DNA of 64,000 nucleotides from Octopus sinensis (lineage: Eukaryota), in NCBI RefSeq assembly GCF_006345805.1, contig NC_043017.1, positions 32,612,001-32,676,000 on the forward strand, read 5' to 3'. Positions 37,963 through 51,572 of this stretch are shown in pieces. Position 1 is the first letter of the stretch, and each line of letters begins with the position of its first letter. The notes beneath the pieces are model-generated. The model saw only the letters and a program-made list of their open reading frames with translations. It was not told where the DNA came from and searched no databases. A program made the position numbers and the translations under genes.

Positions 37963-39445
37963 GTCTGGCACCTGTGTCGGTGGCACATAAAAAACACCAT
38001 CCGAGCGTGGCCGTCTGCCAGCCTCGTCTGGCACCTGTGTCGGTGGCACATAAAAAACACCATCCGAGCGTGACTGTCTGCCAGCCTCGTCTGGCACCTG
38101 TGTCGGTGGCACATAAAAAACACCATCCGAGCGTGGCCGTCTGCCAGCCTCGTCTGGCACCTGTGTCGGTGGCACATAAAAAACACCATTCGAGCGTGAC
38201 CGTCTGCCAGCCTCGTCTGGCACCTGTGTCGGTGGCACATAAAAAACACCATCCGAGTGTGGCCGTCTGCCAGCCTCGTCTGGCACCTGTGTCGGTGGCA
38301 CATAAAAAACACCATCCGAGTGTGGCCGTCTGCCAGCCTCGTCTGGCACCTGTGTCGGTGGCACATAAAAAACACCATCTGAGCGTGACCGTCTGCCAGC
38401 CTCGTCTGGCACCTGTGTCGGTGGCACATAAAAAACACCATCCGAGTGTGGCCGTCTGCCAGCCTCGTCTGGCACCTGTGTCGGTGGCACATAAAAAACA
38501 CCATCCGAGTGTGGCCGTCTGCCAGCCTCGTCTGGCACCTGTGTCGGTGGCACATAAAAAAAACACCATCCGAGCGTGACCGTCTGCCAGCCTCGTCTGC
38601 ACCTGTGTCGGTGGCACATAAAAAACACCATCCGAGTGTGGCCGTCTGCCAGCCTCGTCTGGCACCTGTGTCGGGTCACATAAAAAAACCCCATCCGAGT
38701 GTGGCCGCCTGCCAGCCTCGTCTGGCACCTGTGTCGGTGGCACATAAAAAACACCATCCGAGCGTGACCGTCTGCCAGCCTCGTCTGGCACCTGTGTCGG
38801 TGGCACATAAAAAACACCATCCGAGTGTGGCCGTCTGCCAGCCTCGTCTGGCACCTGTGTCGGTGGCACATAAAAAACACCATTCGAGCGTGACCGTCTG
38901 CCAGCCTCGTCTGGCACCTGTGTCGGTGGCACATAAAAAACACCATCCGAGCGTGACCGTCTGCCAGCCTCGTCTGGCACCTGTGTCGGTGGCACATAAA
39001 AAACACCATCCGAGCGTGGCCGTCTGCCAGCCTCGTCTGGCACCTGTGTCGGTGGCACATAAAAAACACCATCCGAGCGTGACCGTCTGCCAGCCTCGTC
39101 TGGCACCTGTGTCGGTGGCACATAAAAAACACCATCCGAGTGTGGCCGTCTGCCAGCCTCGTCTGGCACCTGTGTCGGTGGCACATAAAAACACCATTCG
39201 AGCGTGGCCGCCGTCTGCCAGCCTCGTCTGGCACACCTGTGTCAGTGGCACATAAAAACACCATTCGAGCGTGACCGTCTGCCAGCCTCGTCTGGCACCT
39301 GTGTCGGTGGCACATAAAAAACACCATTCGAGCGTGACCGTCTGCCAGCCTCGTCTGGCACCTGTGTCGGTGGCACATAAAAAACACCATTCGAGCGTGA
39401 CCGTCTGCCAGCCTCGTCTGGCACCTGTGTCGGTGGCACATAAAA
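37963..39445 (+). repeat. 63-bp minisatellite, ~23.5 copies, forming the 5' part of an RTE-3'UTR element that ends at ~39605
   Basis: Unit GTCTGGCACCTGTGTCGGTGGCACATAAAAAACACCATCCGAGCGTGGCCGTCTGCCAGCCTC; the same unit occurs in 1-3 copies in other RTE-tail elements. Confidence 0.95.
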
Positions 39446-39711
39446 TCACCCACTACACTCTCGGAGTGGTTGGCGTTAGGAAGGGCATCCAGCTGTAGAA
39501 ACACTGCCAGATCTGACTGGCCTGGTGCAGCCTTCAGGATTGCCAGACCCCAGTTGAACCGTCCAACCCATGCTAGCATGGAAAGCGGACGTTAAACAAT
39601 GATGAGGATGAATATCTGTATTCATATAATGCATATTACATCTAGTGTTGGAAAACATGCATAATTAATGAATTAAATATGATATATAAATTCCAACTTT
39701 TTACTTATATA

Positions 39712-40113
39712 TGTATGTGTGTGTGTGAGTGTGTGTGTATGTGTGTGTGTTTGTGTGTGTGTTTGTGAGTTTGTGTGTGTGTGTTTGTGTGTGTGTGGTG
39801 TGTGTGTGTGTGAGTGTGTGAGTGTGTGAGTGTGTGTGTGTTTGTGTGTGTGTGTTTGTGTGTGAGTGTGTGAGTGTGTGAGTGTGTGTGTTTGGTTGTG
39901 TGTGTGTGTTTGGGTGTGAGGTGTGAAGTGTGTGTGTGTGTTGTGTGTGTGTGTGTGTGTTGTGTGTGTGTGTTTGTGTGTGTGTGGTGTTTGTGTGTGT
40001 GTGTGTGTGTGGTTTGTGTGTGTGTTGTTGTGTGTGTGTGAGTGTGTGAGTGTGTGTTGTGTGTGTGTGTGTGTTTTTGTGTGTGTGTGGTGTTTGTGTG
40101 TGGTTGTGTGTGA

Positions 40114-40144
<31 letters not shown>

Positions 40145-41352
40145 AGTGTGTGAGTGTGTTGTTGTGTGTGTGGTGTGTTTTGTTGTGTGTGTGTTGTGTT
40201 GTGTGTGTGTTTGTGTGTGTGTTTGTGTTGGGGTGTTTGTGTGTGTGTGTGTGGTGTTGTGTTTGTGTGGTGTTTGTGTGTTGTGTGTGAGTGTTGTGAG
40301 TGTGTGTGTGTTTGGTTGTGTGTGTGTTTGTTGTGTGTGTGTGGTGTTTGTGTGTTGTGTTTGTGTGTTGTGTGATGTGTGAGTGTGTGTGTGTTTGTGT
40401 GTGTGTGTTTGTGTGTGAGTGTGTGAGTGTGTGTGTGTGTGGTGTGTGTGTTTGTGTTTGTTGTGTGTTATTGTGTGTGTGTGTGTGTTTGTGTTTGTGG
40501 TGTGTGTGTTGTGTGTGTGTGTGTGTTGTGTTTGGGTTTTGTGTGTGGTGTTTGTGTGTGTGTGTGTGTGTGGTGGTGTGTTGTGTGGTGTGTGTGTGTG
40601 TGTGTGTTTGTGTGTGTGTTTGTGTGTGTGTGTGGAGTGTGTGAGTGTGTGTTGTTGTGTGTGTGTGGTGTTTGTGTGTGAGTGTGTGAGTGTGGGTTTG
40701 GTTTGTGTGTTGTGTGTGTGTGTGTGTGTTTGTGTTTGTGTGTGTGTTGTGTTGTGTGTGTGTTTGTGTGTGTGTGTGTGTTTGTGTGGTGTGTGTTTGT
40801 GTGTGGTGTTGTGGTGTGTGTGTGTGTGTTGTTGTGTTTGTGTGTGTGGTGTGTGTGTGATGTGTTTGTGTGTGTGTGTGTGTGTGTGTGAGGTGTGAGT
40901 GTGGGGTTGTGTGTAGTGTGTGTTTGTGTGTGTGTGGTGTGTGTGTTTGGTTGTTGTGTGTTTGTGTGTGTGTTTGTGTTTGTGTGTGTGTGGTGTGTTT
41001 GTGTTGTGTGTGTGTTTGTGTGTGTTGTGTGTTTGTGGTGGTGGTGTTTGTGTGTGTGTGTGGTGTTGTGTGTGGTGTGTGTGTTGTTGTGTGTGTGTGT
41101 GTTTGTGTTGTGTGGTGTTTGGTGTGTGTGTTTGTGTTTGTGTGTGTGTGTTGTGTGTGTGTGTGTGTTTGTGGTGTGTGTGGTGTGGGTGTTTGGTGTG
41201 GTGTGTGTGTGTGTGTGTTGTGTTGTGTTGTCTGTGTGTTTTGTGGTGTGTTTGTGTGTGGTGTGTTTGTGTGTGTGTGTGGTGTGTGTGTTTGTTGTGT
41301 GTGTTTGTGTTTGTGTGTGTGTGGTTTGTGTGTGTGTGTTGTGTTGTGTGTT

Positions 41353-41387
<35 letters not shown>

Positions 41388-41863
41388 GTGTTTGGTGTGG
41401 TGTGTGTGTGTTGTGTGTGTGTGTTTGTGTGTGTGTGGTGTGTGTGTGTTGTGTGTGTGTTGTGTGTGTGTGTGTGTTTGTGTGTGGTTGTGGTGTGTGT
41501 GTTTGTGTGTGTGTGTGTTTGTGGTGTGTGTGGGTTGTGTGTGTTTGGTTTGGGTGTGTGTTGTGTGTGTGTGTGTGTTGTGTGTGTGTGTTTGTGTGTT
41601 GTGTGGCGTGTTTGTGGTGTGTGTGTTTGTGTGTGTGTTTGTGTGTGTGTGTTTGTGTGTGTGTTTGTTGTGTGTGTTTGGTGTGTGTTGTGCGTGTTTG
41701 TGTGTGTTGTGTGTTGTGTGTGTGTGTTTGGTGTGTGCGTGTTTGTGTGTGTGTTGTGTGTGTGTGTGGTGTGGTGGTGTGTGTTTGTGGTGTGTTTGTG
41801 TGTGTGTGTTTGTGTGTGTGTGTTTGTGTTGTGTTTGTGTGTGTGTGTGGTTTGTGTGTGTGT

Positions 41864-41899
<36 letters not shown>

Positions 41900-41985
41900 G
41901 TTGTGTGTGTGTGTGGTGTTGTGTGGGTTGTGTGTGTGTGGTGTGTGTGTTTGTGTGTGTGTGTTGTGTGTGTGTGGTGTTTGCG

Positions 41986-42016
<31 letters not shown>

Positions 42017-42129
42017 TTGGGTTTGTGTGTGTGTGTGGTGTGTGTGTTTGTGTGTGTGTGTGTGTGTGTTGGGTGTGTGTGTGTGTGTGTTTGTGTTGTG
42101 TGGTGTGTGTGTGGTGTGTGTGTGTTTGC
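39712..42129. repeat. 2.4-kb degenerate (GT)n tract
   Basis: Almost only G and T on the + strand; source of the 400-820 aa VC/HT ORFs. Confidence 0.95.
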
Positions 42130-42231
42130 GCAACTAGATGCTTGTTTGTAAGGATAATGAGGATGCCGTTGTTCACTGAAGTGATCTACCTGCTCATTGA
42201 TTTAGCAGGTAAATGGATGAATATTCAACAG

Positions 42232-42257
42232 GCGTGCAAAGATTTAGTGCAAATCAG
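42232..42257 (+). CDS. Candidate small exon (ACKDLVQI; alternative longer exon 42138-42257)
   Basis: Donor CAG|GTAAGG at 42258; acceptors TTCAACAG|42232 (phase 0) or CAACTAG|42138 (phase 2, 120 nt, open). Confidence 0.22.
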
Positions 42258-42379
42258 GTAAGGGTTTGTTATAGCAAATGCATCCAGCTGTAAGTTGAGC
42301 TTCCTAATAAACCACATCCAAGTAAGGCAAGCACAGACAAAACATTTTTTAAAAAATGAACAAATGCTTATCTCTCTCT

Positions 42380-42424
42380 CTCTCTCTCTCTTTATATATA
42401 TATGTGTATATATATATATATATT

Positions 42425-42458
<34 letters not shown>

Positions 42459-42550
42459 AATATAAATATAGATATGTATATATATACATATAAATATATA
42501 AATATATATATATATATACATACATACATATGAATATATATTTATCCAAT

Positions 42551-42589
<39 letters not shown>

Positions 42590-42975
42590 GTATATGCATA
42601 TGTATATATATATATACATATATTTGTATAGAGTGTTTGAAGTGGTGTACAGATATTGTATATTAAGAAAAAGGAAGCATTCAGAATTTTGGATAATTCT
42701 TTATTAGCACTTTCATTTGGTTAATGAATGAACGCGCTAATATAAAATTATCCAGAATCCTGACTGCCTCCTCCTTTTAAATATGTGTGTGCGTGTGCTG
42801 TGCATGTGTATGTATGTGTGTGTGAGTGTGTGTGCGTGTGTGTATGTATATATTCAGAAGGTTATATATATATACTGTGTTTGTGTGTGTGTGTGTGTGT
42901 GTGCTGGCGTGTGTGTGCTTAGAAGGTTTTATATATATATATATACATATATATATGTATATTTATATATATATG

Positions 42976-43008
<33 letters not shown>

Positions 43009-43171
43009 ATATATATGTATATATATATTTGCATATATATATATATATGTATATATGTATATATATATGTTGTATATATATATGTGTGTGTATATATATA
43101 TACATGTATATAATATGCATATGTATATATATATATGTATATGTATATATGTGTTATAGATATATATATGT

Positions 43172-43213
<42 letters not shown>
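42380..43213. repeat. (TA)n/(TG)n microsatellite region
   Basis: Direct reading. Confidence 0.9.
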
Positions 43214-43215
<2 letters not shown>

Positions 43216-44264
43216 AACAGTGATGATAAAGTCCTTTTATGTATTAAAACTTGCTGAAAGTGATAAAATTAAAAGAAGAAATTAAGACAAGGGCCAATGA
43301 TTTTCATGAAAAACAGAAGGTAAAAGCAAAAACAAATAATCCATAGGCGTACTATAAAGATGGATATGCAGATTTGGAAGAAAGAAAAAAAAATGCATAG
43401 AAGCGAAAAAATAGGGAGAAAGAAAGGGAAAGAAAATGGAAGGGGAAAAGAAAAAGGAAAAGGACATGGAAAAACAAAACTGGGAGGGGATGAGAGTCAG
43501 GTTAAAAGATACAAATGGCTATAACTGACAACTCCTAGAAAATATGAATAGACAAAAGTGCAAGGATGGAGTGGAAGTTTTAGTAAGCATGCAATAAATA
43601 GGGATTTAAATGTAAAAAAAGAGATAAAGATAAAATCATGGATGCACAGACAGAAAAAAATGACAACTGAAATAGATGCGTTGAAATTAAATTTTGAATG
43701 TGTAATGATATGGAAAAAATGTATGTATAGGGATGTGTCAAAAAAAAATCAATCCACTTAATTTAAGGTAAGTGTAATAAATTTTAAAATGATGAATAAT
43801 AAAATAGAATAATATAAAAACATATGTGTGCATTTTGTATTTTGATCAATAAAAGTTTGTATTAAAAGATGAAAGGCTAAAATCAAAAACACTTATAAAA
43901 TTATACATTTATATAAACTATATATAATTATATATTTATATATCACTCTGTGTTTATATGAAATTATATAGATGAAATATGATACTTGGAAGGAAACCAT
44001 TAAAGATTATAAAATTATTAAAATGCATCCAACAAATTCAAAGTTAGAATAAAAACAGTAATGCAAATATTTTGGTGAGAAGTGGTAACGCTTAGGTTGA
44101 TATATTAATCATTTGGTAGTAAAGGTTTTGAAATAAACTGGAAATGCCAACAACAGTTCAGTAGTTCAGACTTGTGGTTGGAAGCCAATTTGTCTTGAAA
44201 TAGGAAAAAAAAATTCTTCATTTAATCATACCAGGTATTTCATAAAATAGTGGTAGAACCCATG

Positions 44265-44522
44265 CTAGATTTTGAGAAAAGCTGACCCAGTTTCTTTTAA
44301 TTGCCATGCATACTTTGACAAAGATGTTGCTGACCTGATTTCTGGATATCTAAATGAATTTTTGCTTAGATAAAATCTTGTCTTGAAGCTGTTTTCCTTG
44401 GCTTTCGTGCACGAGGGACAGCTACCAGGATCTTTACAATTGCACTTAAGACTGTCATCATAACCATTTAACTTCTCAAGTACACTTACAATGGATTGGG
44501 GAACAAATGAAGCAAACATCAT
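44265..44522 (-). pseudogene. Penelope-like element GIY-YIG endonuclease-region remnant
   Basis: Translation CNCKDPGSCP...ENSFKTRFYLSKNSFRYPEIRSATSLSKYAWQLK matches the PLE pattern CNC..CP / FK.R..H..SF / T.LSKY.W.LK. Confidence 0.8.
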
Positions 44523-44592
44523 GCAGCAAAATTAACTAACTTTCAAGGTTCTTCTGTTAAAAATTTTATAATTTTAAATTAAAAATTTTATA

Positions 44593-45012
44593 GGCGCAGG
44601 AGTGGCTGTGTGGTAAGTAGCTTGTTTACCAACCACATGGTTCCGGGTTCAGTCCCACTGCGTGGCACCTTGGGCAAGTGTCTTCTACTATAGCCTCGGG
44701 CCGACCGAAGCCTTGTGAGTGGATTTGGTAGACGGAAACTGAAAGAAGCCCGTCGTATATATGTATATATATATATATATGCGTGTATGTGTTTGTGTGT
44801 CTGTGTTTGTCCCCCTAGCATTGCTTGACAACCGATGCTGGTGTGTTTATGTCCCCGTCACTTAGCGGTTCGGCAAAAGAGACCGATAGAATAAGTACTG
44901 GGCTTACAAAAGAATAAGTCCCGGGGTCGATTTTCTCGATTAAAGGCGGTGCTCCAGCATGGCCGCAGTCAAATGACTGAAACAAGTAAAAAAGAGTAAA
45001 AAGAGTAAAGAG
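44593..45012 (+). mobile_element. SINE family A, near-consensus full-length copy
   Basis: GGCGCAGGAGTGGCTGTGTGG head, GGTTCAGTCCC B-box-like motif, (AAAGAGT)n tail; a similar copy lies at 57116-57532. Confidence 0.9.
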
Positions 45013-47982
45013 ATAATACTTATGGTTCCTCAGAAAATCCCTACGTGTTAAAGTTAAAAATTCTTTAGCTACATTATTCTTGACATTCACATCAACACAA
45101 GGTTGAACCACAACACTTTTCTAGTCCTAGTTCAGCAAAATTGCATAGGGTTATTTTCACTGCCTATATAATGAACTTGCTTGGGGAATATGCTATTCCT
45201 AAGAGTGTTATTGCAGTTCAAAGAGGCCTCGTTAAAAGATAACTCATCTGCAGACAAGAAAGGGATTCATTTATTTATGCTATAAACTATGTTCTTAATA
45301 TATACAGAGAGGGTGGGTGGAATCCTTATTAATATAAAATAACCTTTGTTACACTTATGATTTTGCCTAAAACTGTTGGGTTATAGGCCTAAAATGTTAT
45401 CTATACAATTGACACAACTAAGGTTTGTGCCAAACATCTGGATGCTTGGTGTGACTCTAAGAAATTTGCTTCTCAACCACTGTGTGGCACCTTGGGAACA
45501 AATACCTTCTAGTTTAGCCTCGGGCTCACCAAAGACTTGTGAGTAGATCTAATAGACAGACACTGAATGAGGCCCGTTCTGTGTGTGTTCCCCACCACTG
45601 CTTTTAGCTGGTGCTGGTGCAGTTACATCGCTGTAACCTAGAAGTTCAGCAAAAGAAACTGATAGAATAAGTACCAGGATTTAAAAAAACAAGTATTGGG
45701 GTCAATTTATTCAACTAATTTTTTTTCAAGATGTGACTACAGTATGGCTGCAGTCAAAAGACTGAAACAGTTAAAAGATAGACTACATATGTATGCATAT
45801 ATATATGTGAAGGTATGTATGTATATCTTAATACATAAAATACCCTGTCTGTGTGTGTCTTCAATGCACGCTCAAACCTCTGGATCAATCTGTACCATAT
45901 TTGGGGTACATCAATAATTTGACCTTGGAAAGAATAATACGGTCTCTATTATTTTTTTTATTGAAAATAAATAATATTGCTCTCTATATAAAGATTCACT
46001 TCTTTAGATCGTTATCTCAACTTCCTAAGTTTGAACTTCCTGTATTTGGTGTCCTAACCAGCTATTTACACACACACGTATGTATACATCATTATGGTTG
46101 TGATGATTTCTGATAGAAAAAAGAATTTCTAAAGGTACTTGCATTTTTTATGTTCTCCTCTGGCTTCCTGTTTGTGTAAGATATACACCTACGTGAGTGT
46201 GTGTGTGTGTGAGTGTGTGTGTGAGTGTGCGTGTGTGTGTGTGAGAAAAAGTTTCATACAGAGATTTCATTTCATTGATCAGCTGTCAACAGAGCATAAC
46301 TACAGATTTCTACTGCCCCCTCCCCCATCTTTGGATGATCATAACTTTCAGAAAAATCGATTATTTTTTTAAGGAAATTTTCTACAAATATGTGTTATAT
46401 CATGTAGAATTCCGAATATACAAATTTTGACCCAGAAATGAAAATCCAAAATGTATATTGGAATGGGTGTAAAACAATGTGAAGGAAACGAATATTAAAA
46501 AAGAAAATGCATACAAAGCAACGGGAGGGTGGGGAGAGGACTTAAGAAAATTCATAAGATCCAAGCTTTTCCCTCGTAACTTTTAAGAAAATGTCTTTTG
46601 TTTTTCAAAGAAATTTTATAGAAGTACCTTTGAAACAGCATACATTACAATTATAAAGAAATTTGTGGAGAAAATCTTTTCCAAGGGGGTGGGGGGAGGA
46701 CTTCGGAAAATTCACAAAATGGGGTATTCTTTTCAATGAAATTTTATAGAAATAGCTTTGAAAAAGCATACATTACGACTATAGCCCTGGTGACATATAA
46801 AATGTACCCAGTACACACTCTGAAGTGGTAGATATTACGTAATAGAAACAGCCATCGAAACCCAATCAAAACCGAAATTTACAGCAGTGGTGTGTTGTGA
46901 TAGGATTACAGAGGTTTCGAAACAGTTTGTGCAAAGCAGTTTTGAAATTCTTTTTTCTACTCATATTCATCATCATCATCATCGTCATCATTTAACGTCC
47001 GCTTTCCATGCTAGCATGGGTTGGACGGTTCAACTGGGGTCTGGGGAGCCCGAAGGCTGCACCAGGCCAGTCAGATCTCACAGTGTTTCTACAGCTGGAT
47101 GCCCTTCCTAACGCCAACCACTCCGAGAGTGTAGTGGGTGATTTTTTGTGCCACCGACACAGGTGCCAGACGAGGCTGGCGAACGGCCACGCTCGGATGG
47201 TGTTTTTTATGTGCCACCGACACAGGTGCCAGATGAGGCTGGCAGACGGCCACGCTCGGATGGTGTTTTTTATGTGCCACCGACACAGGTGCCAGATGAG
47301 GCTGGTGAACGGCTACGATCGGATGGTGTTTGTTACGTGCCCACAGCACGGAGGCCAGTCGATGTGGTACTGGCTACGGCCATGTTCGGATGGTTTTCTT
47401 GTGTGCCACCGGCACTGGTACCACAAAGATTCCATTGATGTTCATCTATTTTGATTTGGTTTGATTTAAATACCTGAGAATACACTGGGGAGAAAAGTAA
47501 AAATGTTTACACCTCATCAGTTAAATGAAATCTGACAGAGCAGAATGGTTCATGAGTCCAAAGAAACTGACTTCTGGTCCTCAAGGAAGAAGTTGAATTC
47601 AATTGAAATAACGATTGTTATACTCATTTAAATAAATGAAGTATCTGAAATCACACTTGAATAATTAATTTTTTTCAAGTGAATCCTGATTTCACCTGAA
47701 TATATCTACCTGTTGAAACCCTTATAAAAAACAATGGAATTGAACTCCAGTCTTAGAGAATCTGGGATATGCAAGGGACCATGTTCTTTTTATCAGTTAG
47801 GAAATTCCTTGATAAGCAAAAGACCAGAACTCTTTGTACTCTGCAAGGAATTCCAAAATATACAATTCCTGTGTCATTCATATATGTATAAAACTCTTCA
47901 GGTTCTTTGACAGTATTTTTTATGAATATATATTTCATTATAGTCAAGTTATTATCATCATCATCATCGTCATTATTATTAA

Positions 47983-48530
47983 GGCGGCAAGCTGGCAGAA
48001 TTCTTAGCACGCTGGGTGAAATGCTTAGCGGTATTTCGTTTGCCACTGCATTCTGAGTTCAAATTCCGCCGATGTCAAATTTGCTTTCATCCTTTTGGGG
48101 TCGATTGAATAAGTACCAGTTACACACTGGGGTCGATGTAATCGACTTAATCCGTTTGTCTGTCCTTGTTTGTCCCCTCTATGTTTAGCCCCTTGTGGGT
48201 AGTAAAGAAATAGGTATTTCATCTGCCACTGCATTCTGAGTTCAAATTCCGTTGATGTTGACTTTGCCTTTCATCCTTTCGGGGTTGATAAATTAAGTAC
48301 CAGTTATGCACTGGGGGTCGATATAATCGACTTAAATCCATTTGTCCCCGCTGTGTTTAGCCCCTTGTGGGTAATAAAGAAACAGGTATTTTATCCATTG
48401 CTACCTTATGAGTTCAAATTCCTCTGAGGTTGACTTTGCATTTCATCCATTCAGAGTTGATTAAATAAGTACCAGTTGAACATTGGGGTCGATGTAATCG
48501 ACTCATCCCCACCTCCCCCAAGCTGCCCTT
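47983..48530 (+). mobile_element. Three tandem SINE family C copies
   Basis: Core TTCTGAGTTCAAATTCC...CTTTCATCC...AAGTACCAG repeated near 48050, 48235 and 48410. Confidence 0.85.
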
Positions 48531-48589
48531 GTGGCAAAGAAAATTGGAAATTATAATGATAATTATTGTTATTATTATTATTATTATTG

Positions 48590-49508
48590 TCTTTGCACAG
48601 CTTCTAACACTGGAGATGTACTATGGTGTCAGCTGTTCACTGCCAGTGAACTAAGGTAACACCCCTTATTTTTCAAACACCATTCAAAGTATTTGAACAG
48701 TTCCAAGCAATGCTGTTTTCTGCAAGTGCTTCACCTTTGTTGCAGTCCCTATGTGTTGCATATAATTCTCGAGATTTATACTCACTGTTCCCAGGACTCT
48801 GACAATTATTGGTACTACAACTACCATTTTCATCGACCACAACTGCTTAACCTCCCAAGCTAACCTGTCATATCTATTGACTTTTCTTTCTTCCTTATCG
48901 CATACCTTGTTGTCAGCTGGGCATGCTATATCTATGATCCAGCATTGTTTGCTTTCTTTCTCAATCAACACCATGTTTGGTTTCCTATTCTCTATCTCAT
49001 GGTCGCACTGAATCATAAAATCCCATAGGATCTTTGCATTATCATTTTCCATGATGCCTTTGGGTTTATGTTCGTATCACTTTTTTGCTCTGTCAAGTCC
49101 AAACTTGTTGCCAAGTCTCCACTGGACAATCCTTGCTATATTGTCATAACATCTCTTATTTCCTTCTACGCTAATGGCATACATTGACAGCTAATATGTC
49201 ATACAGTTTCACCATTTTGCCCACAAATTCTGCACTCACCACTTTCTGATGTGTTGTCTATTCTGTATTTGATGTAATTGGTTCTTAATGCTCTTGGGTA
49301 GCACAGATTAGAGCCTCCATTTCTGGTTTTAAATCACTTTTAGGCATCCATAACCATCTTTTTTCTCTGTCTGTCTTATCTTCAACATCCCTAAGGAATT
49401 GTCCATGAATTCTTTTCTTTATCCACCTATTTTCATTTTCATTCATTCCCAAGTGCTTGTACAGTGCTTTATCTTTGCAACCTCACAAGCCTGACTTTCT
49501 TACTTCCA
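48590..49508 (-). pseudogene. R4/Dong-like LINE C-terminus (CCHC knuckle + restriction-like endonuclease), (TAA)n at both ends
   Basis: Translation HGQFLRD...LICATQE..RTNYIK...CRICGQNGETV.HI.C...KILWDF...RKPNMVL...IIDIACPAD...LQKTALLGT. Confidence 0.88.
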
Positions 49509-49532
49509 TTATTATTATTATTATTATTATTA

Positions 49533-49566
<34 letters not shown>

Positions 49567-49895
49567 CATTATTATTGAGGTGGTGAGCTGGCAGAATTTT
49601 TTGCACGCTGGATGAAATGCTTAGAGTTATTTCGCCCCTTGCTACTTTTTGGGCTCAAATTGTGCTGAGCTCAGCTTTGCCTTTCATCCTTTCAGGGTTG
49701 ATAAATTAAGTACCAATGGAACACTGGGGTCGATACAATCGACTAGGCCCTGCCTGCAAAATAGCAAGGCCTTGTCCCTTCAGTAGAAAGGATTATCAGG
49801 GGTCAATAAATTAAGTACTAGTTGCATACTGGTGTCAGTCTAAATGACTGGCCCCCTCCCTCAAAGTTTCAGGCCTTGTGCCTAGAGTAGAAAAG

Positions 49896-49941
<46 letters not shown>

Positions 49942-50160
49942 GAAGGTAGTGAGCTGGCAGAATTATTAGTTCACTGGATGAAATGCTTAGCAGAATTTTG
50001 CCCACCGCTACATTCTGAGTTCAAAATCTGCCAAGGTCAACTTTGCCTTTTATCCTTTTGGGATCGATAAAATAAGTACCATTTGACCACTGGAGTCAAT
50101 GTAATCGATTCATCTCCTCCCACAAAATTGCTTCCCTTGGGGAAAAATTTGAAACCATTA

Positions 50161-50201
<41 letters not shown>

Positions 50202-50422
50202 GAGTGAGAAAGCAGTGCATGCCATCAAAGTGACACTGGGGTAAAATATACGAAACCCAGTATACCCATAATGACTACCCATCTGATAAGGGTACACTAG
50301 GCACATGCATCACAACCATATGTGCGCAACATGGTGATCTCATATTAGGATAAGCAGCACATGACCTTGCAGGTGGGGCCCAGTTAGAATTTTGTTCTGG
50401 TCGAGTAGCCCATCCCACTCAA

Positions 50423-50494
<72 letters not shown>

Positions 50495-50554
50495 CATTAT
50501 TATCATTATTATTATTATTTGCATATAGAGAAATGCAAATTTTTATTATCATCA

Positions 50555-50600
<46 letters not shown>

Positions 50601-51539
50601 CATTATTATCATTATTATTATTATTTGCATATAGTGAAATGCAAATTTTACTTTTAAATTTCCAAATAACCACTGAATTTCTTTGTGTACTTTAGCATTT
50701 TACAAAAAAAAAAAAAGAAAAATAACCAAAAACACTTTGAAATACACACAACATTTTTTTAAAGTCTTGTTGTTCTTCAGCATAAATTTGAAAGAAAAGA
50801 AAATTATATTTTTCATGTCGTTTTTCTCTGAACTTTACAAGAAAAACCCTGTTACAACTTCAGATTTTCTTTGTTTGTAAATACTTTAGGGTTTTACTGA
50901 AAAATTGTTGAAACACAAGTAGCTTTTACCCCCAAAAGTCTGATTCTTCTGCAGAAATTTTTAAAGAAACTTTATCTTTTGACAGCATTTTTTTACTAGA
51001 TTCTTCATATTTGATATTTTTATGCTGTTCCAATATTTACATTTCCATTTTAGTTAGAATCAAACTTTGAATTATGTTTTTGATATATTTTCTTTATTTG
51101 TTCCAGTCATTAGATTGTGACCATGCTGGGGCAACCACCTTGAAGAATTTTTAGTCGAATGAATTAACCCAGTAATTATTTTTCTGTTAACCCTGGTACT
51201 TATTCTATCAGTCTCTTTTGCTGAACTGCTAAGTTACCAGGTGATGGGAGTCAAACACACACACACACACACATATATATATATGTGTTTCTTTATTGCC
51301 CACAAGGGGCTAAACATAGAGGGGACAAACAAGGACAGACAAACGGATCAAGTGGATTACATCGACCCCAGTGCGTAACTGGTCCTTAATTTATCGACAA
51401 CCTGGGCGGAATTTGAACTTAGAACGCAACGACAGACGCAATACTGGTAAGCATTTCGCCCGGTGTGCTAACGTTTCTAGGCGTAGGAGTGGCTGTGTGG
51501 TAAGTAGCTTGCTTGCCAACCACATGGTTTCAGGTTATG

Positions 51540-51572
<33 letters not shown>

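Noticed and set aside
37884-39579. Long repetitive ORFs and a CRISPR-like appearance of the 63-bp array
   Set aside because: Units abut with no unique spacers, there are no cas genes, and the unit derives from the RTE 3'UTR. The ORFs follow from a 63-bp unit lacking stops.
39701-42261. ORFs of 400-823 aa (HT- and VC-rich)
   Set aside because: Translations of a stop-free GT/CA microsatellite; no coding complexity.
47490-47520. CTGATGA on the minus strand with a weak stem
   Set aside because: No GAAA or closing stems.
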